A stretch of DNA of 64,000 nt. Source: Candidatus Omnitrophota bacterium. Lineage in GTDB: Bacteria; Omnitrophota; Gorgyraeia; Duberdicusellales; 4484-171. This document shows positions 1 through 10,356 of this stretch, piece by piece. The notes below the pieces were generated by a model, which searched no databases, was not told the DNA's origin, and worked only from the letters and a program-made list of their open reading frames with translations. Position 1 is the first letter of the stretch, and each line of letters opens with the position of its first letter. A program made the position numbers and the translations under genes. The DNA is taken from the NCBI GenBank assembly GCA_003154195.1, contig PMCS01000029.1, positions 208,703 to 272,702 on the forward strand, read 5' to 3'.

Positions 1-185
1 TTTAAAGTCCCGCCGGTGATTGAGTAAAAAGAAAAAAGAAATACGTTAATTGGCTATCAGTTGCGTAACTCGAAACGTCAATCGTCTTGCGGGTATTGTC
101 AAAATGTCGATAAACGATAACCGATAACCGTAACGAGCCGCGCAACCGAATAACGAAAGACTATTTTTATCAAAATTATTAAACC

Positions 186-1610
186 ATGGAAGACCTGATT
201 GCATTAACCGGAACGCAAATAGCGGAGCAAATAAACAACGGCAAGTTGGACGAGGGTGAGGTTTTTTCTTTTTTTCGCGGCCGGGCTAAAAAATTAAACG
301 CTTCCCTGAACAGTTTTGTCGAGATTTACGAAGAACCGGTCGGCGCAGCCGATACTCGCGGCGTGCCGATCGCGATAAAGGATAATATCTGCATAAAAGG
401 GAAAAGAATTACCTGCGCTTCCAAGATTTTAAATAGCCACCGGGCGGTTTATGATGCCACCGTAATCAACCGCCTTAAACAAGCCGGTTTTAAAATTATC
501 GGTACGGCGAATATGGATGAATTTGCTTTTGGTTCGTCCACGGAAAATTCCTGTTACGGCGTAGTAAAAAACCCCTGGGATAATTCCCGGGTCAGCGGCG
601 GTTCTTCCGGCGGCTCGGCGGCGGCGGTAGCGGCGCGCCTGGTGCCGTTCGCTCTCGGTTCGGATACCGGGGGAAGCATCCGTCAGCCCGCGGCATTGTG
701 CGGGGTGGTTGGGTTCAAGCCTACCTACGGAAGAATTTCGCGTTACGGCCTCATCGCCTTTGCTTCCAGCCTCGACCAAATCGGGCCGGTTACTACTAAT
801 ATGGTTGATTGCGCCTGGCTGCTTAACGTTTTGTGCGGCTTCGACCAATACGATTCTACCTCTTCCCAGGCCGCCGTGCCGGATTTTAATAATTCTCTGG
901 TAGATGATGTTCGGGGATTGAATATCGGTTTACCTGCCGAATATTACGGCCAGGGCTTAAATCCCGAAGTCAAAAGCCGGCTAGATGAGACAAGGGCAGT
1001 TTTTGAGAAAAAAGGCGCTAAGTTTGTTGAGATAAATCTACCGCACACGGAATACGCGGTCGCGGTTTACTATATCGTCGCCTCCAGCGAAGCAAGCTCC
1101 AATTTACAGAGGTTTGACGGTATTCGTTACGGGTTGCGTGAAAAAGCTTCCGGTTTAAAAGATGTTTATTTTCGCAGCCGCGCCGCCGGTTTCGGCGCTG
1201 AAGCGAAGCGGCGCATCCTTTTGGGGACTTACAGTTTATCCAGCGGCTACTATGACGCCTATTATGTCCGGGCGTTAAAAGTTCGCCGTCTGATTAAGGA
1301 AGATTTTGATCAGGCGTTTAAAAATGTCGATATTATTTTAACGCCTACCTCGCCGACCCCGGCGTTTAAAATCGGCGAAAAAACTCTCGATCCGTTAAGC
1401 ATGTATTTATCCGATATCTACACAATTTCGGCAAATTTAGCCGGGCTGCCCGCGGTATCGATTCCTTGTGGGTTTACTAAAGAAAATTTACCCGTGGGGA
1501 TGCAGCTGATTGGGAAAGAATTTGATGAAGCTACACTGATAAGAGCCGGATATAGTTATCAGTGCGCGACGGAGTGGCATAAATACCTGCCGCCGATGAT
1601 CGCTGATTGA
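186..1610 (+). CDS. gatA: Glutamyl-tRNA(Gln) amidotransferase subunit A (amidase signature family)
   Basis: 474 aa. Gly/Ser-rich amidase signature GGSSGGSAAAVAA. Lies immediately upstream of gatB. Confidence 0.9.
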   Translation: MEDLIALTGTQIAEQINNGKLDEGEVFSFFRGRAKKLNASLNSFVEIYEEPVGAADTRGVPIAIKDNICIKGKRITCASKILNSHRAVYDATVINRLKQAGFKIIGTANMDEFAFGSSTENSCYGVVKNPWDNSRVSGGSSGGSAAAVAARLVPFALGSDTGGSIRQPAALCGVVGFKPTYGRISRYGLIAFASSLDQIGPVTTNMVDCAWLLNVLCGFDQYDSTSSQAAVPDFNNSLVDDVRGLNIGLPAEYYGQGLNPEVKSRLDETRAVFEKKGAKFVEINLPHTEYAVAVYYIVASSEASSNLQRFDGIRYGLREKASGLKDVYFRSRAAGFGAEAKRRILLGTYSLSSGYYDAYYVRALKVRRLIKEDFDQAFKNVDIILTPTSPTPAFKIGEKTLDPLSMYLSDIYTISANLAGLPAVSIPCGFTKENLPVGMQLIGKEFDEATLIRAGYSYQCATEWHKYLPPMIAD

Positions 1611-1693
1611 AAGATGCTGATGATCGCTGATGGGATAATGAAATTAAAATTCCAACTAATATTCTGATTGTATTATCAAATGAATAAAATTAT

Positions 1694-3118
1694 ATGAATT
1701 ATCAAACCGTTATCGGCTTAGAAGTCCACGTGCAGTTGAAGACAAAATCGAAGATATTTTGTTCCTGCCCGGCTGATTTTGATGCCCCGGCTAATACTAA
1801 CATCTGCCCGGTATGCTGCGGCTATCCGGGGGTGCTGCCGGTTTTCAACAAACAGGCGTTGAAACTGGGTATTCGGGTAGCGCTGGCGCTCAGTTGTAAA
1901 ATAAATGACAGCATCTATTTCGAGCGGAAGAATTATTTTTATCCCGATTTACCCAAGAACTATCAGATTTCCCAATATAAAATGCCGCTGGGCGAGAAGG
2001 GGTATCTCGAACTTCCCGGCGGGAAAAAAATAGGGATAACCAGAGTGCATTTAGAAGAAGACGCGGGAAAACTTATCCATAAGGATAATTATTCGCTGGT
2101 GGATTTAAACCGGACCGGCACGCCGCTGTTGGAGATTGTTTCCGAACCGGATATCGCCGATACCCAGGAAGCTTATGATTATTTGACATACTTGAAATTG
2201 ACATTACAATATATCGAAGCCAGCGACTGCGATATGGAAAAAGGTAGTTTACGCTGCGACGCCAATATTTCTTTAAAGCTTAAAGAAGCCGCCGAGCTCG
2301 GCACCAAGGTCGAGCTTAAAAATATGAATTCGTTTAAGGGCGTGCGCGACGGCCTCGAGTTTGAAGAGAAGCGCCAGGCGAATTGCCTGGAAACCGGTGA
2401 GAAAATTTTTCAGGAAACCCGGCTCTGGGACGCGGAAAAATCAAAGACTTATGTGATGCGTTCCAAAGAAGAAGCGCACGATTACCGTTATTTTCCCGAG
2501 CCGGATCTGCCGGATTTTAAGGTAGCGCGGGAATTGATCGAGGAAGAAAAGAAGCATCTCGGCGAACAACCTTTGGATAAATATCGCCGGTTTACCGCCG
2601 GTTATAAATTAAGCGGGAAAGACGCTGATGTGTTTGTCCAGGATTCCTGGCTGGGTAAATTTTTTGAAGAAGCGTGCGGCCATTTTAACCGTCCCGATAA
2701 AATAGCCGGATGGCTGCTGGGGCCGTTTCTGGAACATGTTAACGAACGCGGCCGGGAAAGCATCAAGATAACGCCGCAAAATTTCGCGAAAATCATCCAG
2801 CTTTTTTGCGAAGATAAACTTAATAACCTGGCGGCTAAAAAAGTCATTGCGCTGTGTATCAATACTAATGATAGTATAGAAGGGATAATCAATAAAGAAG
2901 GTCTGGCGCAAGTTTCCGATAGCGGCGGGCTTCGGGGGTTTGTTGACGCAGCGCTGGCGGAAAATCCTAAAGTGGTAGAAGAATATCTTGCCGGTAAAGA
3001 GCAGGCGATGATGTTTCTGGTCGGCCAGGTGATGAAAAAATCGAAAGGCAAAGCCAACCCTAAAGTGACGAGGGAAATGCTGGAAGGAAAAATCAAGAAT
3101 CTCAAAAGTGATAAATAA
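1694..3118 (+). CDS. gatB: Aspartyl/glutamyl-tRNA(Asn/Gln) amidotransferase subunit B
   Basis: 474 aa. N-terminus MNYQTVIGLEVHVQLKTKSKIFC is characteristic of GatB. Forms a gatA-gatB operon arrangement. Confidence 0.9.
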   Translation: MNYQTVIGLEVHVQLKTKSKIFCSCPADFDAPANTNICPVCCGYPGVLPVFNKQALKLGIRVALALSCKINDSIYFERKNYFYPDLPKNYQISQYKMPLGEKGYLELPGGKKIGITRVHLEEDAGKLIHKDNYSLVDLNRTGTPLLEIVSEPDIADTQEAYDYLTYLKLTLQYIEASDCDMEKGSLRCDANISLKLKEAAELGTKVELKNMNSFKGVRDGLEFEEKRQANCLETGEKIFQETRLWDAEKSKTYVMRSKEEAHDYRYFPEPDLPDFKVARELIEEEKKHLGEQPLDKYRRFTAGYKLSGKDADVFVQDSWLGKFFEEACGHFNRPDKIAGWLLGPFLEHVNERGRESIKITPQNFAKIIQLFCEDKLNNLAAKKVIALCINTNDSIEGIINKEGLAQVSDSGGLRGFVDAALAENPKVVEEYLAGKEQAMMFLVGQVMKKSKGKANPKVTREMLEGKIKNLKSDK

Positions 3119-3120
3119 AA

Positions 3121-3250
3121 AACCTAAAACTTACCACCAAGGCATGAAGACACAAAGAAAAGGCAGAGTTTTTTAATTCTTAGTGCCTTAGTGGTAAATC
3201 TTTTGGTTTTATTTTTTCGGTTCTTTGTGGTAAAAATTTTATGGTTTCAA
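3121..3250. repeat. Intergenic imperfect inverted-repeat (hairpin) element, copy A of a family that recurs just upstream of start codons
   Basis: Contains ttaccaccaaggcatgaagacacaaagaaaa paired with ttagtgccttagtggtaaa / ttctttgtggtaaaaa. Homologous to 8235-8385 and 59241-59340. Ends about 20 nt before the RBS of the ctp gene. Confidence 0.6.
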
Positions 3251-3269
3251 AATAAGGAGATGAAAAAAG

Positions 3270-4568
3270 ATGAAAAATAAGATTACGGTAATAACGATTA
3301 TCGCGGCGATTATGGTGTCGGCTTACTGGGTAGGATTTTCTCTGGGCAAAGAGAGCGATAATGTTTATAAGGAACTCGATATTTTTGCCGAAGCCATGGC
3401 TTTGGTGGATCAAAAATACGCGGAAGTGAAAAAACCAAAAGAGCTGGTTTACGGCGCGATTTCCGGCCTGCTGAATTCCCTCGACGCTTACAGCCAGTTT
3501 CTCACCCCCGAAGAGCATAAAGAATTAATCACGGAAACCGAAGGAAAGTTCGGCGGCCTGGGCATTGAGATCACCATGAAAAATGGCTATGTGACGATTA
3601 TCTCTCCCCTGGAAGATACCCCGGCCTGGAAAGCGGGGCTGGAGCCGGAGGATATTATTATAAAAATAAGCGGCGAATCGACAAAAAATATTACCCTTAG
3701 CGCGGCAGTCAAGAAATTGCGCGGTGAACCGGGCACCAAAGTCGATTTAACTATCCTTAAGGCGAAACAAAGAAAACTGGAAGATATGTCGATCGTGCGC
3801 GGGCTGATCAAAATAAAGGATATAAAAAGAGCGTTGGTTCTGGAAAATAATATCGGATATGTGCGCATCGCCGAATTTAGAGAAAATACCGCCGGGGAAT
3901 TGGATAAAGCGTTGCATGATTTAAAAAAGTCCGGTTTAAAAGGTTTGATCATCGACGTGCGCAACAATCCCGGCGGATTACTTTATACTGCCATCGATGT
4001 TTCCAGCCGGTTCCTGGAAGACGGTAAAGAAATAGTTTCCACTCGGTCCCGGAGCGAACCCGAATCGATTTATAAGGCGGTGCCGGCCCCGGAAAAAGTT
4101 ACCGATATACCGCTGGTAGTTCTAATCAACAAAGGAAGCGCGTCGGGAAGCGAAATCCTAGCCGCAGCTTTGCGCGACAACAAGCGCGCGGTTCTTTTAG
4201 GCGAAACCAGCTTCGGCAAAGGGTCGGTGCAAACGATTGTGCCGCTTTCCGACGGTTCGGCGTTACGGTTGACCACGTCAAAATATTATACGCCCAATAA
4301 AATAAGTATTCATGAAAAAGGCATCGACCCCGATATCGCGGTTGCGGAAGAAACTGCCGATAAGGACAAGAAAGAAAAAACCGACGTCGTCGAAGAAGTG
4401 CAGAAAAAAATAGAGGAAATCGAGAAAAAAGAAGAAAAGAAAGACGAATTCAATTATAAAAAAGATATTCAGATAATGAGAGCGCTTGACCTTTTGAAAG
4501 GCTTGCTGGTTTTGTCTGATACCGGTAAAGAAAATAAAAAGGCATTGGCCGGTGAGCATAAAAAATAA
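3270..4568 (+). CDS. ctpA: Carboxyl-terminal processing protease (S41 peptidase with PDZ domain)
   Basis: 432 aa. N-terminal signal/TM region, a PDZ-like region, and the S41 motif context GSASGSEILAAAL. Confidence 0.8.
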   Translation: MKNKITVITIIAAIMVSAYWVGFSLGKESDNVYKELDIFAEAMALVDQKYAEVKKPKELVYGAISGLLNSLDAYSQFLTPEEHKELITETEGKFGGLGIEITMKNGYVTIISPLEDTPAWKAGLEPEDIIIKISGESTKNITLSAAVKKLRGEPGTKVDLTILKAKQRKLEDMSIVRGLIKIKDIKRALVLENNIGYVRIAEFRENTAGELDKALHDLKKSGLKGLIIDVRNNPGGLLYTAIDVSSRFLEDGKEIVSTRSRSEPESIYKAVPAPEKVTDIPLVVLINKGSASGSEILAAALRDNKRAVLLGETSFGKGSVQTIVPLSDGSALRLTTSKYYTPNKISIHEKGIDPDIAVAEETADKDKKEKTDVVEEVQKKIEEIEKKEEKKDEFNYKKDIQIMRALDLLKGLLVLSDTGKENKKALAGEHKK

Positions 4569-5560
4569 TGTTTACCATCGGTATCGAAACATCCTGCGAC
4601 GAAACCAGCTGCGCCGTTTTAAAAAACGATAAAGTCCTTTCTAATGTAACCCTATCGTCGCTAAGGCAGCATAAAAAGTACGGCGGCGTAATCCCCGAAA
4701 TCGCCACCCGGGCCCACCTTAAAAATATCGATAAAGTATTTACTGTTTCTTTAAAAGAAGCGGGGATAATCCTACACGATATAGATTTAATCGCCGTGAC
4801 CAATAAACCCGGGTTGATGGGCGCGTTGGTGATTGGTTTAAATTTTGCCAAGGCGCTGGCCGTTTCTTTAAACAAGCCGTTAATCGGGATCAACCATCTT
4901 CATGCCCACATCTTCGCGCCGTTTTTAAACAACGCCCGCCGGATAAAATTTCCCTTTATCGGTTTGATTGTTTCCGGCGGCCATAGCGAAATTTATTTAG
5001 TAAACGATTTTGATAAAATGAGATTGGTCGGCGCGACGCGCGACGATGCCTGCGGCGAGGTTTATGACAAAATCGCCCGCTTTTTGGGATTAGGCTATCC
5101 GGGGGGCCCGGTGATCGATAAACTTTTCGAGGAAAAATATAAAGACGCTTTTAAATTTAAATGCGGCAGGGTCGGTTTTGACTTAAGTTTTAGCGGGATC
5201 AAAACCGCGGTGATTTATAAAAAAGAAGAAATCGCTAAAAAAGAAAAAATAACCCCGGATATTATAAAACGTCTGATATCGTCCTTTCAGGCATCGGCAA
5301 TGAATACAATTACCCGTACCGTTGTGGAGGCTGCCGAAGAATATAAGGTTAAGAGAATCGTTTGCGGCGGTGGGGTAATCGCTAATAGATATTTACGCCG
5401 GAAACTATGTGAACAAGAAAGTGCCGGTTTTAAGATTATTCTCCCTTCTTTTGAGTACACTACCGATAATGCGGCAATGGTTGCGGGATTGGGGTTTTAC
5501 CTGTATAATAAAAAAGGCATCCAGCATGATATCGGGAAACTGGAGGCAGAGCCAAATTGA
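4568..5560 (+). CDS. tsaD: tRNA N6-adenosine threonylcarbamoyltransferase (Kae1/YgjD family)
   Basis: 330 aa. N-terminus MFTIGIETSCDETSCAVL is characteristic of TsaD. Start overlaps the ctp stop codon. Confidence 0.9.
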   Translation: MFTIGIETSCDETSCAVLKNDKVLSNVTLSSLRQHKKYGGVIPEIATRAHLKNIDKVFTVSLKEAGIILHDIDLIAVTNKPGLMGALVIGLNFAKALAVSLNKPLIGINHLHAHIFAPFLNNARRIKFPFIGLIVSGGHSEIYLVNDFDKMRLVGATRDDACGEVYDKIARFLGLGYPGGPVIDKLFEEKYKDAFKFKCGRVGFDLSFSGIKTAVIYKKEEIAKKEKITPDIIKRLISSFQASAMNTITRTVVEAAEEYKVKRIVCGGGVIANRYLRRKLCEQESAGFKIILPSFEYTTDNAAMVAGLGFYLYNKKGIQHDIGKLEAEPN

Positions 5561-5640
5561 GACAACCTAAAAACCAAGGAACCAAAAAACGGATAAACTA
5601 AGAAATTCTTAAGTTTTAGGTTTTTCAGTTTTTTGGTTTT

Positions 5641-6099
5641 TTGGTGCGAGCGAAGCGAGCAATGACTGACTTTACCACAACTCTTATTCGTATTTTATTA
5701 GCGTTTTTTTTAGGCGGAGCGATCGGCCTGGAACGTGAGAAAAAAGGCCACATCGCGGGCTTGCGCACGCATATTCTGGTGTGCCTCGGTTCCTGCCTGA
5801 TTATGCTTACCTCGATATACGTTTACGAGATTTATCAGGGTAAAGCCGGCGTTGACCCTTCGCGTATCGCCGCCGGCGTGGTTACCGGCATTGGATTCTT
5901 AGGCGCCGGCACGATTATCAGAAGCGCCAGAGGCTCGGAAGGCATCAAAGGGTTAACCACCGCGGCAAGCATCTGGGTAAGTTCCGCCATCGGCTTAGCC
6001 GTAGGCTGTGGTTATCTGAGCGGTGCGGTTGCAACCACCGTGGTAACTTTTTTAACGCTTTCTTTTTTGAAAACTATCGAGAACAAACTTCAGAAGTGA
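5641..6099 (+). CDS. MgtC/SapB family membrane protein
   Basis: 152 aa, multi-TM. Conserved MgtC N-terminal motif LGGAIGLEREKKGHIAGLRTHILVCLGSCL. Confidence 0.7.
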   Translation: MVRAKRAMTDFTTTLIRILLAFFLGGAIGLEREKKGHIAGLRTHILVCLGSCLIMLTSIYVYEIYQGKAGVDPSRIAAGVVTGIGFLGAGTIIRSARGSEGIKGLTTAASIWVSSAIGLAVGCGYLSGAVATTVVTFLTLSFLKTIENKLQK

Positions 6100-6106
6100 T
6101 AAAAAC

Positions 6107-6412
6107 ATGAAAGACAAAACTATTACTTTAAGACAGGCTTCGGAAATATTAGGCATACCGGAAAAAGAAATCATCAATCTTGCCGCCGGGGATAACATCC
6201 CCCATACAAAAATGGAAGGGGGATTTTTAAGGTTCCACCGGGAAGATATCCTCGGCGTTAAAGGGGAGATCGCGAAAAAATATAATCTTAGTTCGGAGGC
6301 AAGCGGTAAAAAAGAAAAAATAAAAAATTTTCTGTTTTTCAATGATTTTTATATTATTGGCTGGGCCGTTATTATAATTTTATTTTTTATAATTTTTAAT
6401 GAAAAAAAATAA
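6107..6412 (+). CDS. Helix-turn-helix (excisionase/MerR-like) DNA-binding domain protein with C-terminal TM segment
   Basis: 101 aa. HTH-like LRQASEILGIPEKEIINLAA. Hydrophobic C-terminus. Confidence 0.4.
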   Translation: MKDKTITLRQASEILGIPEKEIINLAAGDNIPHTKMEGGFLRFHREDILGVKGEIAKKYNLSSEASGKKEKIKNFLFFNDFYIIGWAVIIILFFIIFNEKK

Positions 6413-7067
6413 TAGAGGGTTTGTCGACCTCGGTTTTGCCAAACTTGATATTCAACGAAAAGCCCGCCGGGGATTTCCGGAAATCATCTACGCCCGCGGT
6501 AAATCCACCGGCCATTTAACCAAAATCGTCGAAGAATTTCGCAAGCATACCCCTTTTCTTCTCATTTCTAAACTGGAAGCAGGCATTTACGAAACATTAA
6601 AAAAATATTTTTCCCGTCTTGAATATTTTCCCCAGGCAAAAATAGGATTTTTAGGCCGTCCCTCAAAAAAGAAAAAAGGGCGCTGTGTTATTGTTACTGC
6701 CGGAACAAGCGATATTCCTATCGCCCAGGAAGCGGCCATATTTCTAGAATTAACCGGCAACCAGGTAGAGACGATTTACGATGTAGGCGCGGCCGGGGCC
6801 CATCGCCTTAAACCTTTCCTGGGAAAATTAAAAAAGGCGAAAGTGATTATTGTCGTGGCCGGTATGGAAGCGGCGCTTTTAAGCCTGGTCAGCGGCATGA
6901 CTAAAGCGCCGCTGATCGGCGTGCCGACCAGCGCCGGTTACGGCGCTTCCTTTAAGGGGTTGTCGGCGCTTCTGGGGATGATTAATTCCTGTTCCCTGGG
7001 CAGCGTCGTGGTCAATATCGATAACGGTCTGGGCGCCGGTTATTTCGCAAATTTGATTAATAAATAA
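6399..7067 (+). CDS. larB: Nickel-pincer cofactor biosynthesis protein LarB (PurE-like carboxylase/hydrolase)
   Basis: 222 aa. PurE-like core VIVTAGTSDIPIAQEAAIFLELTGNQVETIYDVGAAGAHRL. Adjacent to larC. Confidence 0.75.
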   Translation: MKKNNRGFVDLGFAKLDIQRKARRGFPEIIYARGKSTGHLTKIVEEFRKHTPFLLISKLEAGIYETLKKYFSRLEYFPQAKIGFLGRPSKKKKGRCVIVTAGTSDIPIAQEAAIFLELTGNQVETIYDVGAAGAHRLKPFLGKLKKAKVIIVVAGMEAALLSLVSGMTKAPLIGVPTSAGYGASFKGLSALLGMINSCSLGSVVVNIDNGLGAGYFANLINK

Positions 7068-7151
7068 TAGTACCGAGGCCTGTTGTTCGAAGATATATAT
7101 TTTAACCGGCTCAACTGGCAAAACAGGCTAAACGGGCTAAACTGGATTATG

Positions 7152-8216
7152 AACAGCATTTATTTCCACTTAATCGGCGGCGCGGCCGGGGATATGCTTT
7201 TGGTGTCATTGCTTGAGCTGGGCTGTCCCCTTGTCTATTTAAAGAAAGAACTAAAAAAACTTAATATTGGCTGCGATCTTTCTTTAAAAATTGACGAGGC
7301 CACGCCTTGCCATGTCCCCAGGAAGAAACTAATTTTTAAAGGTAAAAACTTTTCCCGGCATCAAGAAATAGTAAGAGTAATCAAAAACTCCGGGCTTGAC
7401 GGGGATATTAAAACCAAAGCCCGGGAAGTTTACGGCGTAATCGCCACAGCGGAAGAAAAAATCCACAGGACTAAAAATATTCATTACCACCATCTCGGCG
7501 AGGTTGACGCGGTCGCGGAAATCTGCGGTTTTTTCATCGCCTTAAAATATCTGGCTGTGGAGCAGGTTTATGTTTCGGTATTTCCTTTGAGCAAACCCGC
7601 TCCGGCTGTCCTGGAATTATTGCGCGGCAAAAAAATCGGCATCCGGGAAGCCGGTTACGAAAGCGTTACCCCCACTGCCGCGGCTTTGCTTAAGGAGGCG
7701 ATACAGGCTGATTTACCTTTTGCTTTTAAAAAAAGCGGTTTGGCGTTTGGCGCCGGCGGCTCGGGCGATTATCTGGCCGCTTATCTTATCGACGAAACCC
7801 CGGAAAATGATACAATCATAAAGGTTGAGGTTAACATCGACGATATGAACCCTCAGCTTTTTGAAAATTGTTTTGAAAAGCTTTTCGCCGCCGGCGCCAA
7901 AGACGTTTACCTGGAAAATATCCTGATGAAGAAATCGCGGCCGGCGTTTGTCCTGAACGTCTTGTGCGCAAAAAATAATTTTCCGGAAATACGGAAAAGT
8001 ATTTTTTCTCACACTTCAACCTTCGGAATACGTTATTTGGAGTATAAGCGCGATAAATTGCCTTATGAGTTTGTAGAAAAGAATACTAAATTCGGCAAAA
8101 TAAAATTTCGCGTCGCGCGAGGAAGGATAAAAAAAGAAACACCGGAGTATAGCGATTGTCTTTCCGCCGCCACAAAATTAAACATACCGCTGATCGATAT
8201 CTATCGGGCGCTGTGA
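7152..8216 (+). CDS. larC: Nickel-pincer cofactor biosynthesis protein LarC (DUF111 nickel insertion protein)
   Basis: ORF-track frame opens at 7083, but that N-terminal extension translates a short repeat (ggctaaac motifs). The ATG at 7152 gives MNSIYFHLIGGAAGDMLL, typical of the LarC N-terminus. Confidence 0.75.
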   Translation, partial: NSIYFHLIGGAAGDMLLVSLLELGCPLVYLKKELKKLNIGCDLSLKIDEATPCHVPRKKLIFKGKNFSRHQEIVRVIKNSGLDGDIKTKAREVYGVIATAEEKIHRTKNIHYHHLGEVDAVAEICGFFIALKYLAVEQVYVSVFPLSKPAPAVLELLRGKKIGIREAGYESVTPTAAALLKEAIQADLPFAFKKSGLAFGAGGSGDYLAAYLIDETPENDTIIKVEVNIDDMNPQLFENCFEKLFAAGAKDVYLENILMKKSRPAFVLNVLCAKNNFPEIRKSIFSHTSTFGIRYLEYKRDKLPYEFVEKNTKFGKIKFRVARGRIKKETPEYSDCLSAATKLNIPLIDIYRAL

Positions 8217-8234
8217 GTAATAAAATATTAATGA

Positions 8235-8385
8235 AAACCTAAAGATTTACCACTAAGGCACAAAGTTCACAAAGAAAAAACCAAGATTAAGGTTTTATTT
8301 TTTTGATTTTACCCAAGACGAGATATATTTTTTTCTTTGTGACGCTTAGTGCCCTTAGTGTCTTGGTGGTAAATTTTTATGGTTT
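8235..8385. repeat. Intergenic hairpin element, copy B (same family as 3121-3250)
   Basis: tttaccactaaggcacaaagttcacaaagaaaaaacc paired with ttctttgtgacgcttagtgcccttagtgtcttggtggtaaa. Ends just before the RBS GAGGGAG and the ATG at 8405. Confidence 0.6.
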
Positions 8386-8404
8386 TGTTATTGAGGGAGA
8401 AAAG

Positions 8405-10102
8405 ATGACAACTGGTTGGCTATCGGGGAAAAAAGTTATCCCGGGATTTTTGTTGGGAATAGGCATGATTATTATCGTAAATATCGCCTCTTACTATACC
8501 AATAGCGTATTTGTCCAATCTTCTAAAATGGTAGAGCGGGCGCATATAATTGTTAATAAATTTAATAATATACTAACCGACGTTGAAGATGCCGAGAGCG
8601 CCCAGCGAGGGTACATCATCACAGGTGATAAAAACTATCTAACGATTTTTAACAACGAACTTCTTAGTATTTTCCGCAACGATAGGCAATTGCGGGAATT
8701 GATTGTCGATAACAAGCAAATTGAAAAATTTATCATTTTAGAACATACAATAAGACAGGAAATCGATAGCCTTAAGGAATCAATACATTTACGCCAGGCA
8801 AAAGGATTTAATCAGGCCGCGCAGGGCATACGCGATGAATCCCGAAGAAAAATTTCCGAAGCCACTCACTATACGATAGGAGAGTTAATCGCACAAGAAG
8901 AAATTTTATTAGAAAACCGGTCGCGGGAAGCCAAGCCGCGCGGCATGATCGCTACTATTGCCGGCAGCATCGGTAGCGCGCTTGCCCTTATCCTTATCGG
9001 CATAGCTGTTTTCACACTAAGGCACCAATTGAGAGAACGCGCGCGCGCCCAGGAAAAGTCCCAGCAAATCGCCAAAGAATGGGAAACCACGTTTAATTCT
9101 ATAAAGGATATGATCTCGATCCAGGATAACAATTTTAAGTTTATTCGAGTCAACAAGGCCTACGCGAATTTTCTAAAAATGGATGAAGAGGAACTTATCG
9201 GCAGAAAATGCTATGAAGTATTTCATGCCACCGCCGCTCCCTGCCAGAACTGCGCGCAGGTAAAAGCGATCCAATCAAAACAGCCCTGCGCCATAGAATC
9301 TTTTGAGCCGCGTTTTAAACTTTACATAGAAACAACGGTTTCGCCTATTTTAAATGACCGGGGTGAAATTACGAGCAACATCCATATTATAAAAGATATT
9401 ACGGAGCGAAAAGAACTCGATAAACTAAAAGATGAATTTGTCAGTACCGTTTCTCATGAGATGCGTACGCCGCTTACTACGATAAGGGAGTCGGTATCGC
9501 AAGTCTTAGACGGTATCCTTGGCCCCATCACGGATGAACAAAAAGAATTTTTGACGATTTGCCTCAATGATTCCAACCGGCTTAAGCGCATCATCGACGA
9601 TTTGCTTGATATATCCCGCCTGGAAGCGGGAAGCTTTAAGATAAGAAAAGATAAATGCGACATCGTCGATATTGTCAAAAGCGTGAGCTCTTCTTTTTAT
9701 CCTAAAGTTAGCGCGCGCGGCCTGGAAATTAAAACATTTTTTTCCCATGAGAAAATAGAGATTGTTGCGGATAAAGATAGAATCGGCCAGATTTTAATGA
9801 ATTTAATCGGTAACGCGGTAAAATTTACTTCCGCGGGCAGTATTACCATTTCGGTTACGCAAAAAAACGATATTATCGAGTGTTCCGTTGCGGATACCGG
9901 AGTGGGCATTGGCAAAGATGATTTGCCCAAAGTTTTTACTAAATTCCAGCAGTTCGGCAGAATCGCCGGCCCGGGCGAAAAAGGCACGGGCTTGGGTCTT
10001 TCTATCGCTAAAGGGTTGGTGGAGCGCCACGGCGGGAAAATATGGGTAGAGAGCAAGCCGGGTGAAGGGACGAAATTTACATTCCAATTGCCGAGAGAAT
10101 GA
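8405..10102 (+). CDS. Sensor histidine kinase (TM, PAS domain, HisKA, HATPase_c)
   Basis: ORF-track frame opens at 8303, but that extension overlaps repeat copy B. The ATG at 8405 follows the RBS gagggagaaaag. H-box SHEMRTPLTTI, PAS-like region, and G-box GTGLGLSIAKGLVERHGG. Confidence 0.8.
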   Translation: MTTGWLSGKKVIPGFLLGIGMIIIVNIASYYTNSVFVQSSKMVERAHIIVNKFNNILTDVEDAESAQRGYIITGDKNYLTIFNNELLSIFRNDRQLRELIVDNKQIEKFIILEHTIRQEIDSLKESIHLRQAKGFNQAAQGIRDESRRKISEATHYTIGELIAQEEILLENRSREAKPRGMIATIAGSIGSALALILIGIAVFTLRHQLRERARAQEKSQQIAKEWETTFNSIKDMISIQDNNFKFIRVNKAYANFLKMDEEELIGRKCYEVFHATAAPCQNCAQVKAIQSKQPCAIESFEPRFKLYIETTVSPILNDRGEITSNIHIIKDITERKELDKLKDEFVSTVSHEMRTPLTTIRESVSQVLDGILGPITDEQKEFLTICLNDSNRLKRIIDDLLDISRLEAGSFKIRKDKCDIVDIVKSVSSSFYPKVSARGLEIKTFFSHEKIEIVADKDRIGQILMNLIGNAVKFTSAGSITISVTQKNDIIECSVADTGVGIGKDDLPKVFTKFQQFGRIAGPGEKGTGLGLSIAKGLVERHGGKIWVESKPGEGTKFTFQLPRE

Positions 10103-10356
10103 ATTATTTTCTGCTAAACTTGTAAAGAGTGTAAGAATAATTAAGGAAATTGAAAGATAAGAATTACACATGTAGGGCTTGTAGGAAATGTAGCGAAACA
10201 ATGCAAAATAATTTCTACATGTCCTAAATGCTCTACATGTAAAAATATCCTTATTTTTTTTGCGTGATGTATTGTTTTTATTAATAAACTTAGAAATACT
10301 TTTTAGGATATTAAAAACCGATATGGTGATATGTTGTATTGCAAAAGGGGGTGGAT

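Noticed and set aside
429-848. 139-aa minus-strand ORF and 64-aa plus ORF inside gatA; similar antisense ORFs occur inside gatB, ctp, the kinases and others
   Set aside because: They are fully embedded in well-supported conserved genes, have no RBS, and their low-complexity translations are typical of GC-rich antisense frames.
8303-8404. Annotated N-terminal extension of the sensor kinase
   Set aside because: The extension translates the intergenic hairpin repeat. A good RBS and ATG occur at 8405.
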